64,000 nucleotides of DNA from Chitinophaga pinensis (GTDB lineage Bacteria; Bacteroidota; Bacteroidia; Chitinophagales; UBA10324): positions 1,041-65,040 of the forward strand of contig CAMDOA010000008.1 in the NCBI GenBank assembly GCA_945903305.1. Reading direction: 5' to 3'. The position numbers and the translations under genes were made by a program. The notes under the pieces are model-generated. The model did no database searches. It had not been told where the DNA came from and saw nothing but the letters and a program-made list of their open reading frames with translations. Positions 20,137-30,213 of the stretch are shown one piece after another (positions within the stretch are counted from its first letter, which is position 1; the number at the start of each line of letters is the position of its first letter).

Positions 20137-21540
20137 GTGTTGTTTCGAATAAATTTCTGCGCGTTTATTATCGGTTTTATTTTTTTACATCAATCGGTGT
20201 TTGCGCAAACCATTCAACCCGATTCATTAAAATCAATTATAAAAAAGTCGCTTACCTACATTATCAATCATCAATATAAAGAAACAAAGAGTTATAATTT
20301 CATAGGCGAATGGCATAGCAACATGGGTCTTTCGCTTCCATTTCCACTGCTTGGAAAACCAAAAGATTATGATGACCAGAATTGTTTTACCACAGTAGGA
20401 ATTCATAATCTTCTGGCAAAAATTTATTTGGCCGATTCAGTAAATTATAAATATATCTATCCCACACTTCAGTTGGCATATACTGCCACTTTGGTTTTTC
20501 GCGACAGCACCACATTTAATTTCTGGCATAAACTGCCTTCTAATTTGAATCGTAAAAACAAACAAGGCATTAAACCCCTTGTGCGCCGGCCCACTACTTT
20601 TTATTTAAAATCGAATTTTATGCGCAAGGCAGCCAACATAATGGATGATGCCGATGATACAGCTGAAGGATATATGGCTGCGTGGTTGCAAAATAAAATT
20701 CATCATCGCGAAAATTTAATGTCATTGGCTCCTGAATTAAACCGGTATATAGATTTAAACCGTAAAAACTTTCATTGGTACAATTATAATCGTGCTGATA
20801 AAAGTAATTCGGGGGCTTACTTAACCTGGCTTGGAAATGAAAATCGGTTATGGCCAAAATCTATCATTACTACTTTTTTTCACAACTTAATTTTTTTTCT
20901 GCCAATAAGCGAGTGCTTTCCAAAAGCATACACACCCTACATGCCGTATGGAACAAATGATGTGGATGCCATAGTGAATGCGAACATTCTTTCATTTTTA
21001 GCTGCTAATAGTGAATTATCCGATTCAGGAAACTATAAACAGGTTGTTGCTTTCATACACAGAAAAATTATGCGAAAAAAATTTGGAAGCGCCGCCATTT
21101 ATTATCCCAATCGGTTTCATTTACATCATGCGGTGGCAAAAGCATTTAATGCCGGCGCTTCGGCTTTATTGCCTTCAATAGATTCTTTAATTCTCGATTT
21201 GAAAAGCCAGCAACTTTCAGACGGATCATTTGAAAGTAAAAAAATTGTGAATGATAAAGACAAAATTCAATCGACAGCCTATGCGCTTTCGGCTCTATTA
21301 AATGCCGGAAACTTTAAATTATATAACACCAAAAGCGAAATTGAAGCTGCGATAAATTATTTACTGAATACTAAAATTGAATCGGAGACCGAGAGTTACT
21401 GGGAAGGTGGCGTGTTTTTTTCGGGGGGTACTGTAGTGCGTAAATGTTTATTTTTCAAATCAGATGCGTATACAACCGCATTGATTTCGCAGTGCTTTGT
21501 TTTATACTTATCGCTTTCAGAAAAAAATGAATGGGGATAA
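20137..21540 (+). CDS. Hypothetical secreted protein, possibly with alpha/alpha-toroid (prenyltransferase/terpene-cyclase-like) repeats
   Basis: 467 aa. Signal peptide. QQLSDGSFES...QSTAYALSALLNAG resembles squalene-cyclase-type repeats. Weak assignment. Confidence 0.5.
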   Translation: MLFRINFCAFIIGFIFLHQSVFAQTIQPDSLKSIIKKSLTYIINHQYKETKSYNFIGEWHSNMGLSLPFPLLGKPKDYDDQNCFTTVGIHNLLAKIYLADSVNYKYIYPTLQLAYTATLVFRDSTTFNFWHKLPSNLNRKNKQGIKPLVRRPTTFYLKSNFMRKAANIMDDADDTAEGYMAAWLQNKIHHRENLMSLAPELNRYIDLNRKNFHWYNYNRADKSNSGAYLTWLGNENRLWPKSIITTFFHNLIFFLPISECFPKAYTPYMPYGTNDVDAIVNANILSFLAANSELSDSGNYKQVVAFIHRKIMRKKFGSAAIYYPNRFHLHHAVAKAFNAGASALLPSIDSLILDLKSQQLSDGSFESKKIVNDKDKIQSTAYALSALLNAGNFKLYNTKSEIEAAINYLLNTKIESETESYWEGGVFFSGGTVVRKCLFFKSDAYTTALISQCFVLYLSLSEKNEWG

Positions 21541-21590
21541 AAAATAATTCCGGCTAAACATTGCCGGTAGAAATAAAAAAAACATTTAAT

Positions 21591-22595
21591 TTATTCGAGC
21601 GAGTATTGTTCATTTATCGTTAGCACCAGAATGGTTTTTCCGCTGCCAACCACTATCGCTTTGTCGAGCGAAATAAATTCGGCTTTATATAAACTGAATT
21701 TAGCGGCTAGTTCAGTATGAATCATTTTCCAGTTTTCGCTATTGGCTGAAAATAAAATATTGCCGTCACAGGCTGTCATAATTTTAAAATTGCCTGAAAT
21801 GGTTTTTGACCAAATCAATCCTACTTGTTCAAATTTTATTTCCTCACTATTTCCATATTTTAATTTGCCACTTCCATTAATTTTTCCTCCATAACAAACC
21901 GCATTATTGTTCTCGTCAAATTCTAAATCATAAAATATTCCAACGCCTGTTTTTTCTTTTTTATTCCATGTTGAACCAAAATCAGTTGATAAAAATAAAC
22001 TGGTGTGGTTCGGAAAATAAATAAGAGCCGCTACCTCATTGGTTTTACTATTATAGTTGAGCGACCAAACCATTTTAAATGCAGCGGAGTAAACTTTTGT
22101 CCAGGTTTGGCCACCATCAGTAGTTTTAATAATAAATCCACTTGGAATGGCTTTTTTAGAATGGGCAATGGCTGACCGGCCACCACAAATTAAGGCCGAC
22201 TTATTATCGAGCACGGTAATGTTGTAAAAGCACGAATTTTCAAATCCTTTGATTTGTGTTGAGCGCCAGTTATTGGTTAATGTATTGTAAAAATACACGG
22301 TGCCTTTATCAGCACAGGCAATTAAATTGTTTTCGTCAAACCTATCGATGTTATAAATATCGCGATGCAAGGTTGGGTAAATTACCGGTGTAATAGCGCC
22401 TTTAATATTGTAATTGCTGATAATTCCATACTTACCGGTTAACCAATAGTTTTCGGAATCAATTTTTAAAATGTCGTAATAGGCCGAATCGTCAAATGAT
22501 TTTCCCTGTTGGATAATATCAACTGAAATGCTTTGAGCCGAAACATTATTAAGGGCTATTACTGCAATAAATAAAAACAGTGAAATCAGTTTCAA
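21591..22595 (-). CDS. Secreted BNR/Asp-box repeat beta-propeller protein (Ycf48-like)
   Basis: 334 aa. Signal peptide. Asp-box motifs TTDGGQTWTKV and STDFGSTWNKK. TTG start. Confidence 0.65.
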   Translation of the reverse strand: MKLISLFLFIAVIALNNVSAQSISVDIIQQGKSFDDSAYYDILKIDSENYWLTGKYGIISNYNIKGAITPVIYPTLHRDIYNIDRFDENNLIACADKGTVYFYNTLTNNWRSTQIKGFENSCFYNITVLDNKSALICGGRSAIAHSKKAIPSGFIIKTTDGGQTWTKVYSAAFKMVWSLNYNSKTNEVAALIYFPNHTSLFLSTDFGSTWNKKEKTGVGIFYDLEFDENNNAVCYGGKINGSGKLKYGNSEEIKFEQVGLIWSKTISGNFKIMTACDGNILFSANSENWKMIHTELAAKFSLYKAEFISLDKAIVVGSGKTILVLTINEQYSLE

Positions 22596-22887
22596 ATAAT
22601 TCTGGTTAATTTAAGAGTGGGCAAACATAAAGTTCTAAATGTTTATAGCATAATTATTCTAGCGAAGAAAAGTATTTTATTAATTGGCTGTTTTCACATA
22701 AAATCATCACTGTTTCCGATAAGTTGTTATACCTCGTATGCTTCACTTAAATCAATAAAAAGATAAACAAATACAGATTACAGCGATATTAAATTTTGCT
22801 GAATCACCAAGTAAGTATTAATCTTTATAAGAAAGATTTTTTAAACAATATTATTTAATAAAATAAAAGAAGCGCTGCTGGGCTGTG

Positions 22888-24948
22888 TTATTTTGTATTA
22901 CTTGCCTTTCGCTTTTTAAATTCTTCTGCTCCGCTATCGAGCCATTTTTCATAGGCAGTAATATCTTCATCATAACTGCGGGGAGCATTCAATAATTTTT
23001 TATCGTGATCAAGCAGTACATAAAACGGCTGTGTGTTGGTTTGATAATTTGATGCTTGAATATCACTGTACCAGTTGCCTAATGTTTTTATTTTCTTACC
23101 GCTGAATTCAGAAATGTATTGTTGTTCTTCAGGCAATTTTGTTTTGTCATCTACAAACATGCTGATGACTACATAATTTTCTTTCATTCGTTTTAACACT
23201 CCGGCTTCGCTCCAAACCGATGCTTCCATCTTTCGGCAATTCACACAAGACCATCCGGTAAAATCGAGCATTATTGGTTTGCCTAAATCTTTCGCCACCT
23301 GAATTCCTTCTTCATAATCAAAATATCCATCAATGCCATGCGGCATGTGAAACACATCGTCGTACTTTTTTTTCTTTGCTGAATGTGTTGAAGTATTTGA
23401 ACCTCCTTCAATTAATAATCTGTTTAAATCAAAATCCTGAGTGGCTTGTGGCGGTGCAAATGCGCTGATGGCTTTTAAAGGCGCGCCCCATAAACCCGGT
23501 ACCATGTATAATGCAAATGAAAGAGAAGCAATGGCAAAAAATAATCGTGGAATGCTTACATAATGAATATCACTGTCGTGCGAAAATTTTAATTTACCGA
23601 GTAAATAAAATCCGAGTAAAGCGAAAATCACAATCCATAAAACCAGAAATACTTCGCGGTCTAAAATGTGCCAGTGATAAGCAAGATCAACATTCGATAA
23701 AAATTTAAGGGCTAATGCTAACTCAAGAAATCCTAAAACAACTTTCACCGAGTTTAACCAGCCACCGGATTTCGGTAATGAATTTAACCATCCCGGAAAA
23801 AGTGAAAACAACCCGAATGGTAATGCAAGTGCCAATGAAAATCCAAACATTCCAATGAGCGGACAAGTATCATTTCCGCCAACAGCGGCTTGCACTAACA
23901 GTGAACCAATGATAGGGCCGGTGCAGGAAAAAGAAACCAGTGCGAGTGTGAAGGCCATGAAAAATATTCCAATCAGGCCTCCACGGTCGCTCATGCTTTC
24001 CGATTTATTTACCCACGAACTTGGCAGTGTAATTTCAAACGCACCGAAAAAAGAAATTGCGAATATGACGAAGATGATAAAGAAGCCCATGTTGAAATAC
24101 ACATTGCTCGCCATGTCATTCAGCGCATCGGAACCCAGCAGTTTTGTAATGGTGAATCCTAGCAAAACATAAATTACGATTATTGATAAAGCATATATTA
24201 ATGCATTGGTAATTCCTGTTCGTTTGTCTTTTGATCTTTTTGTGAAAAAGCTTACCGTTAACGGTATCATTGGAAAAACACAGGGAGTAAGTAAGGCTAA
24301 AAGCCCACCGATAAAACCACCAAAAAATATTTCCCAACCGCAAACGCCGTCGTTGGGTTGAAGAAATTGTTTGTTAAAATCGGAAGTGGTAGTTGAATCT
24401 TCTGATGAATTATTTATTTGTGAAATTGCAGTATCAACTTTTGCAGTATCAGTTTTTGATTTTGATGAATCTGTTTCAATTTTAGTTATCGCTACATCAT
24501 TTGAATGAAGTTTCAATTCGAAATCATAAGTGGTGGGCATCAAACAAACTTCTTTACAAACCTGGTACTCTAAACTGCCTTTTACAATTGCGTCAGGGCT
24601 CAGTAATTTTATTTTCTGGGTGAATACTGCCTTGTGTTTATAATACAACAGCGTTTCATCTAACTCTTTAACATATTCTTTTTCGAGTGTTCCTTTCTCT
24701 CTTATTTTTCCAACTACTTTAAAATTTTTATTGTTTTCAAAAGATAATGATACCGGAATGGAAATGCCGACATAAGTGCTTGAAAACACATGCCAGTCTT
24801 CATCAAGGTTTACTGTAATGGATATATCAAATTCTCCTTCGCCTAAATCTTTAACTGTGTGCGACCAATGTGCTGGGTCGAGCATTTGAGCCGAAGAAAT
24901 TCCAGAAAAAGCTAAAAGAAAAAATAGAAAGAGTTTGAATGATTTCAT
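22888..24948 (-). CDS. dsbD: Thiol:disulfide interchange protein DsbD (three-domain protein-disulfide reductase)
   Basis: 686 aa. N-terminal DsbD-alpha-like domain with CKEVC. Polytopic core with TPCVFPMIP and SCTGPI. C-terminal thioredoxin fold with WSCVNC. Confidence 0.9.
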   Translation of the reverse strand: MKSFKLFLFFLLAFSGISSAQMLDPAHWSHTVKDLGEGEFDISITVNLDEDWHVFSSTYVGISIPVSLSFENNKNFKVVGKIREKGTLEKEYVKELDETLLYYKHKAVFTQKIKLLSPDAIVKGSLEYQVCKEVCLMPTTYDFELKLHSNDVAITKIETDSSKSKTDTAKVDTAISQINNSSEDSTTTSDFNKQFLQPNDGVCGWEIFFGGFIGGLLALLTPCVFPMIPLTVSFFTKRSKDKRTGITNALIYALSIIVIYVLLGFTITKLLGSDALNDMASNVYFNMGFFIIFVIFAISFFGAFEITLPSSWVNKSESMSDRGGLIGIFFMAFTLALVSFSCTGPIIGSLLVQAAVGGNDTCPLIGMFGFSLALALPFGLFSLFPGWLNSLPKSGGWLNSVKVVLGFLELALALKFLSNVDLAYHWHILDREVFLVLWIVIFALLGFYLLGKLKFSHDSDIHYVSIPRLFFAIASLSFALYMVPGLWGAPLKAISAFAPPQATQDFDLNRLLIEGGSNTSTHSAKKKKYDDVFHMPHGIDGYFDYEEGIQVAKDLGKPIMLDFTGWSCVNCRKMEASVWSEAGVLKRMKENYVVISMFVDDKTKLPEEQQYISEFSGKKIKTLGNWYSDIQASNYQTNTQPFYVLLDHDKKLLNAPRSYDEDITAYEKWLDSGAEEFKKRKASNTK

Positions 24949-24977
24949 TCGTTAACAATATCGGTTTTAGAAAAAAA

Positions 24978-25712
24978 TTATTTTAATAAATCATCCATCA
25001 CATCCACTTCCATTTTTCCGGCATAAGACATTAATGAACGGAACAATTCTATTCCATCGGTATTGCCTAAAACAGATTCGGCGGCTCGCTCGGGATGCGG
25101 CATCATGCCGAAAACATTTTTTGCAGCATTGGTAATTCCGGCAATGTTTTCCAATGCACCATTCGGATTAGCATCATCATTCACTTTTGCATTTTCATCG
25201 CAATATCGAAAAAGGATTTGCCCGTTTTCGTTCAATCGTGAAAGTTGTTTTGCATCAACAAAATAATTTCCTTCGGCGTGAGCAATAGGAATTTTGTATG
25301 CTTTGTTTAAATCCAGATCGGCAGTAATTGCTGAATCATTATGAACAGCTTTAATAAAAACATTTTTGCAAATAAAATTCCGGTTGCTGTTGCGCATCAA
25401 TACTCCGGGCAACAATCCTGCTTCGCATAAAATCTGAAAGCCGTTACAAATTCCAAGTACAAAGCCACCGCTGTTGGCAAATGAAATTACGGCATCCATG
25501 ATTGGAGAAAACCGGGCAATGGCACCGGAGCGCAAATAATCGCCATATGAAAATCCACCCGGAAGAATGATGCAATCTTGCGATTCAAAACCTTCGAGTT
25601 CCTTGTCTTTGTGCCACAAAGTTTTTACTTCGTGCTGCAACACATTTTCCAATACATGAATTACATCATGGTCGCAATTGGAACCCGGAAAAATCACTAC
25701 ACCAAATTTCAT
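24978..25712 (-). CDS. purQ: Phosphoribosylformylglycinamidine synthase, glutaminase subunit PurQ
   Basis: 244 aa. MKFGVVIFPGSNCDHD at the N-terminus. GICNGFQ carries the nucleophile Cys. MPHPERA. Confidence 0.95.
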   Translation of the reverse strand: MKFGVVIFPGSNCDHDVIHVLENVLQHEVKTLWHKDKELEGFESQDCIILPGGFSYGDYLRSGAIARFSPIMDAVISFANSGGFVLGICNGFQILCEAGLLPGVLMRNSNRNFICKNVFIKAVHNDSAITADLDLNKAYKIPIAHAEGNYFVDAKQLSRLNENGQILFRYCDENAKVNDDANPNGALENIAGITNAAKNVFGMMPHPERAAESVLGNTDGIELFRSLMSYAGKMEVDVMDDLLK

Positions 25713-25902
25713 GTGTTCAAAAATGTTTTATTGTTTATTAAAATTTAACGAGCAGGCAAAAGTAAAAATTGTTTTTCGGTTCGTTGAAATTCGGCCAGCG
25801 GCAATTGGCTGATTTGTAAAAGTCGAATTGTTTAAAGTAAATGAGGTTAACTGCATGCATTGAATGGATTAACAAGAAAATAAAAGCGGCTGTTCAGTTT
25901 TA

Positions 25903-26367
25903 TCACTTTAAAAGCGGCAGTTTAATTTCAAACTCGAAAGTGGACGGAGGCACACAAACTTCTTTGCACAGCATATATTCTATGCCTCCCTTTATTACTG
26001 CATTTTGTTTTAATAATTTAATTGTTTGAACAAACACCACTCTGTGTTTATAGTACATTGAAATTTCTTTTTCGCCTCCCAAATCAATTTCTTCTTTAAT
26101 TAATTCTCCTTGTTCCTGCATTTTACCAACTACTTCAAATGCATCATTTTTTTCCAGCGTTAAAGATGCCGGAACTGAAATTCCAACATAGTCTTGCGAA
26201 AAAATATGCCAGCCATCATCCATGTAACACGAAATCATGATATTGAATTGACCGCCACCTAAATCTTCGGCAGTAAAACTCCAGCGAGATGGATTAATGG
26301 TTTGGGCAACAGTATTTTTTACGACTAAAAAATTTAAAAAAAGAAGAAAAGCAAAAAGTTTTTTCAT
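25903..26367 (-). CDS. Stand-alone DsbD N-terminal (alpha) domain protein, paralog of the dsbD N-terminus
   Basis: 154 aa. Signal peptide. Aligns by eye along its whole length with residues ~20-150 of the 686-aa DsbD (DWHVFS/GWHIFS, YVGISIPVS/YVGISVPAS, YYKHKAVF/YYKHRVVF). Keeps the Cys pair CKEVC. Confidence 0.8.
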   Translation of the reverse strand: MKKLFAFLLFLNFLVVKNTVAQTINPSRWSFTAEDLGGGQFNIMISCYMDDGWHIFSQDYVGISVPASLTLEKNDAFEVVGKMQEQGELIKEEIDLGGEKEISMYYKHRVVFVQTIKLLKQNAVIKGGIEYMLCKEVCVPPSTFEFEIKLPLLK

Positions 26368-26393
26368 GACACTTTATTTTTTTGAGTGGATTT

Positions 26394-27398
26394 TTATTGA
26401 AACAAATTTAGCTGACTTTCATATTGAAAATAAATAATGAACAAAAGTAGGGTTAAATGGAAAATTTCAGCCACCCACCACTTTTTTATCATGGGCAATG
26501 CATAACTTAAGGCAGTGGCCACAGGAATTACCAACCAAATAAAATTTTCAACTTTGATATTGGATTGTAAAAACACCGAAGGAAATCCAAACAAAGAAAA
26601 TAACAGGAGTACGGCAAAATAATTTCTGATTTGCACCAGCGCTTTAAAATAGTTTTGTTGAATTTTTACTAAACTCCATAAAAGTGACACCAACACAACA
26701 ATTGAAATAATAATAATCTGCGTATTGGTTACAAAATCAAATTCTTCATTCATTACTTTTCTGAAAGTAATATTTTCAAAAAACTCGGGCAACAAATCGA
26801 ACCACATAAAATAAACAAAGGAAAGAAAGTACGGAACTATGGCTCCAATTAAAAGCACTAACCACTCACCAATTTTAAACGGGCGAAGAATTAATAAGCC
26901 AATAAAAAGAAATAAAAGAAAGGCGATGGCCGGGAAATAAAAAAGGGAAGCAATGGAAATAACAAAACCCAAATCAAAAATCTGACTACTGACTTTTTCT
27001 TTTTTATAAATGGAAAAGAGTAAATCAATTTCAATAAGAAAAAAAATATTGGCGATTAGCGCCGGCGAAAGAAATAGAAAATTTTGGAACATACTTGACA
27101 GTAAAATAAAAATATAGGCCCCGAGGTAATTGCCCTTAGCTACTATTTTATGCCTATCAATAATTGAATTGAAGTAAAGTGCCTGAGCGAATAAGACCAA
27201 AACGGCAGCGCTGTTTTGCACTAACATTAAATTTACTGGTATTAAGTTGAGGCTATACATTAATGCACCGCTCAATGGATTTACCAAATCATCAGCGTAT
27301 GAAACAGGATGAATAAAGGTAAAGGTGTGAAGCAGGCATACCGCAGCTAATACAAGAACTACAATTAACGGATGATTGGATTTATAAAGCTGCAACAA
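26394..27398 (-). CDS. Polytopic inner-membrane protein of unknown function
   Basis: 334 aa with about 9-10 hydrophobic helices and a single Cys. 26-nt gap to the downstream nDsbD-like gene and 6-nt gap from the upstream gene. Confidence 0.65.
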   Translation of the reverse strand: MLQLYKSNHPLIVVLVLAAVCLLHTFTFIHPVSYADDLVNPLSGALMYSLNLIPVNLMLVQNSAAVLVLFAQALYFNSIIDRHKIVAKGNYLGAYIFILLSSMFQNFLFLSPALIANIFFLIEIDLLFSIYKKEKVSSQIFDLGFVISIASLFYFPAIAFLLFLFIGLLILRPFKIGEWLVLLIGAIVPYFLSFVYFMWFDLLPEFFENITFRKVMNEEFDFVTNTQIIIISIVVLVSLLWSLVKIQQNYFKALVQIRNYFAVLLLFSLFGFPSVFLQSNIKVENFIWLVIPVATALSYALPMIKKWWVAEIFHLTLLLFIIYFQYESQLNLFQ

Positions 27399-27404
27399 AA
27401 TTTA

Positions 27405-28880
27405 TCAGAAGGTAAGTTTTAAGAATTGTAAATAGCCCTTTTTCAAACTCGGGACAACCACGGTGTCTGGCGAAATTTGTTTTCCTGATTTAGAAACCGG
27501 AAGTAATCCTTTTTTATCGGCATTAAATATTTCGGTACGATCTACTTTTCCATCATGATTTAATTTAAATGCGGAAAGAAAATTAGTGCCCGATGAAAAA
27601 TCATTATAAATAAAAACAAGCGACGATGGGGCCACCATTAAATAATAGGAAGAAAAAATTCCGCCATCGCCTTCGGTTTGTTGTTTTTTATGTAACACCT
27701 GATTCCAAAGTACACTATCAGTATTAGAAAATGATAAGGCAATAATTTGGTCGAAATGAAAATAACTGACTGTAAGTGACGAACTGCCGCCAAAATTTCC
27801 ATATCCTGAAACGGAGTTAAACGCTTCTGTTGAAACGGTATAAGATTCGGTTAAAAAAATTAAACCGCCATCATTTTTAATTATTAAATCTGATGAGTGA
27901 AAAAAATTAAACCCGTCATTTCGTTTGGGAGGTATATTGCCTGATAAATTCGATAATAAGTCGGATGAAAAAGGAATAGTTTTTTGACTTTTCAGCATTC
28001 CGTCAATGTAATACCGGTTAACATAAACACCGTTCGAACTGATTCCCGGCGATGAAGAATACAAGCCGCAGATGATGATTTGCCGGTTGCTGAAGTCAAG
28101 CTTCAGAATTGGCCGTGATAAGATTAAACCATTTTCTTCGGTGATTGTTGTTGTAAATTCATTGTTGAGAGCGTGGTAACTTAACATCATTAATTTGTTG
28201 TATGGAAAATCATTATGAAAATTTTTGACTTGATTTTCTCCAATTAAAAACCACGCATTTACTGAATCATCTACATATGCGGTTATTGTTTCCGGTTCAA
28301 TGAACTGGCTTGCTTGATAATTAATTTTCCACTTCACATTTAGCCATTCATCAATGCAAATTGCATGTAGTTTTCGGCGGTCAATGGTATTGATATCTTC
28401 GTAATAAACCAGAAATTTCTTTTTGTAGTACGAAATCGAATAATTCAATTTGGGGACTGCTATTAGGGTGGAAGTACTGAGTGTATCCAGAATGATGGCC
28501 GGCCGGATAATATTTAATTGCAAATTTACTTTTGCTGCTTTCAACAAAGTAATTCCGCGTGATTGTACGGTGAAAAAAACGATGGCTGAATCTTCTGTTA
28601 AAATTATTTTACCCAAGTTTATAAATCCAAATTCTTTTAAAGCAATTTGTTTTTTCCATTTCAATTTTAAATTAAAAGAAAATAAGGATACCGCATGTGT
28701 TGATTTTCCGGCCGACAGGGTCACTATTCCATCAGAGTTTGTACCAATCACTTCAAAACGATTTGCACTGTATTCCCTTTTTTCGGGAAGCGAAATTTCA
28801 TATTGTTGTGCAAAAGAATGATTCATTATTGAACATATTAAACAAAGCATTGCACATACTATTTTTAGCTTCAAAGGCAT
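27405..28880 (-). CDS. Hypothetical secreted beta-rich protein
   Basis: 491 aa. Signal peptide ending SFAQQ. No recognised motif. First gene of an apparent three-gene operon. Confidence 0.65.
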   Translation of the reverse strand: MPLKLKIVCAMLCLICSIMNHSFAQQYEISLPEKREYSANRFEVIGTNSDGIVTLSAGKSTHAVSLFSFNLKLKWKKQIALKEFGFINLGKIILTEDSAIVFFTVQSRGITLLKAAKVNLQLNIIRPAIILDTLSTSTLIAVPKLNYSISYYKKKFLVYYEDINTIDRRKLHAICIDEWLNVKWKINYQASQFIEPETITAYVDDSVNAWFLIGENQVKNFHNDFPYNKLMMLSYHALNNEFTTTITEENGLILSRPILKLDFSNRQIIICGLYSSSPGISSNGVYVNRYYIDGMLKSQKTIPFSSDLLSNLSGNIPPKRNDGFNFFHSSDLIIKNDGGLIFLTESYTVSTEAFNSVSGYGNFGGSSSLTVSYFHFDQIIALSFSNTDSVLWNQVLHKKQQTEGDGGIFSSYYLMVAPSSLVFIYNDFSSGTNFLSAFKLNHDGKVDRTEIFNADKKGLLPVSKSGKQISPDTVVVPSLKKGYLQFLKLTF

Positions 28881-28939
28881 TGCTCAAAAATAAACGCAAA
28901 CAGTTGATGCAGCTACTTATTCAATTACTTTCGTTGAAA

Positions 28940-30070
28940 ATGAAATTTATTTTTTCTGTTTTTATTCCGGCAATTTTATTTTTGATTCCTGCAGTTTCCA
29001 TTGCGCAAAATGTAAAAATGCATGAATATCAATTTCAATTGGAACCTTTGTTTAAGTATGGAAAAATTTTAAAGCATACGAGCAACTTCAAACCGGCAGT
29101 GATTCAAAACTCATTTTCATCAGAAATTAATTTAACCTGGCAGAGCAGGGGCGCAAAAGATTGGCAGCGGATGTTGAATGATCCGGCATGGGGGTTAGCA
29201 GCAGGATATACCTATTTTGGTAATAAAGATATTTTGGGCGAAGCTTATTATTTGATTCCGAATATTCAGTTCCGGTTATTCGAGCATAAAAAAATTCAAT
29301 TGTGGTTGAAGGGCGGTGTTGGCTTAACCTGGCTGACAAAACATTATGATGTGCTTCTCAATCCGTCAAATAATGTAATCGCATCATCGATAAATAATTC
29401 CTCAACGGCAGCATTGCGGTTAAAATATAAAGCAGGTTCAAAAACAATGTTGGTTATTGGAACTTCTATCACCCATTCATCAACCGGCGATGTTCGATTA
29501 CCCAATCTCGGAATCAATATCCCAACATTTGATTTAGGCATACAATATTCGTTTGCTGCTTTGAATAAAGTTGTGTTTGCGCCGGATTCACTGAATACAA
29601 AAAAAAGAAAATCAATAGTGTTTACTATGCGGGGCGGCGTTGGTTTGTACGAAGTTTTTATTCCCGATGGACCCATCTTTCCAATATTAATTAATGAAAC
29701 AAGCGTTGGAAAATATTTTGGTGGATGGAATATCTTTTCATTTGGGGTAGAAACTTTTTTCAGCTTGGCTAATTTCCATTTTTTGCAGGAACAAAATATT
29801 GGGGTCAACTACAAAATGCAATCACTGGTTATTGCGCCATTTATTCAGGATGAAATGGATTGGGGACAGGTTTCATTTACCATGCTAATGGCCTATCAGA
29901 TAAAGAAAACACAACTTTCAGGCACCAATATGTATCAAAAACTTGGAGTGAATCGCACGATATATAGTTTTGGTCAACACAAATGGCGTAAAATAAAAGC
30001 CGGCGTTTTTTTAACTACACATTGGGCAAATGCCGATTATGTTTCTATGTTGTTAAGCCTGCAATTATGA
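28940..30070 (+). CDS. Acyloxyacyl hydrolase / PagL-like outer-membrane protein (paralog of 7318-8532)
   Basis: HSSTGDVRLPNLGIN parallels HASNGHTQLPNFGIN in the paralog. I place the start at ATG 28940, giving the signal peptide MKFIFSVFIPAILFLIPAVSIAQ. The ORF-track start 28697 would overlap the divergent gene. Confidence 0.7.
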   Translation: MKFIFSVFIPAILFLIPAVSIAQNVKMHEYQFQLEPLFKYGKILKHTSNFKPAVIQNSFSSEINLTWQSRGAKDWQRMLNDPAWGLAAGYTYFGNKDILGEAYYLIPNIQFRLFEHKKIQLWLKGGVGLTWLTKHYDVLLNPSNNVIASSINNSSTAALRLKYKAGSKTMLVIGTSITHSSTGDVRLPNLGINIPTFDLGIQYSFAALNKVVFAPDSLNTKKRKSIVFTMRGGVGLYEVFIPDGPIFPILINETSVGKYFGGWNIFSFGVETFFSLANFHFLQEQNIGVNYKMQSLVIAPFIQDEMDWGQVSFTMLMAYQIKKTQLSGTNMYQKLGVNRTIYSFGQHKWRKIKAGVFLTTHWANADYVSMLLSLQL

Positions 30071-30183
30071 TAAAAACTTGTTCTGGAAAATCATTAATTT
30101 AAAATTTCATAACATTATTTTAATAGCAATTTGCCGTTTTAAATTGCCATCAATATTTTAATGCCTTCGGAACATCTTTCATA

Positions 30184-30191
30184 TACATTTG
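30184..30191 (+). promoter_or_regulatory. Putative Bacteroidetes-type -7 promoter box (TACATTTG)
   Basis: Matches TAnnTTTG and lies 23 nt upstream of ATG 30214. Confidence 0.35.
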
Positions 30192-30213
30192 TCGTCGTAA
30201 AAAAAACAGAATC

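Noticed and set aside
28697-28939. The ORF-track N-terminal extension of the second PagL-like gene, which overlaps the divergent gene 27405-28880.
   Set aside because: The internal ATG at 28940 gives a clean signal peptide. The extension would require a 184-nt antisense overlap and has no signal or TM character.
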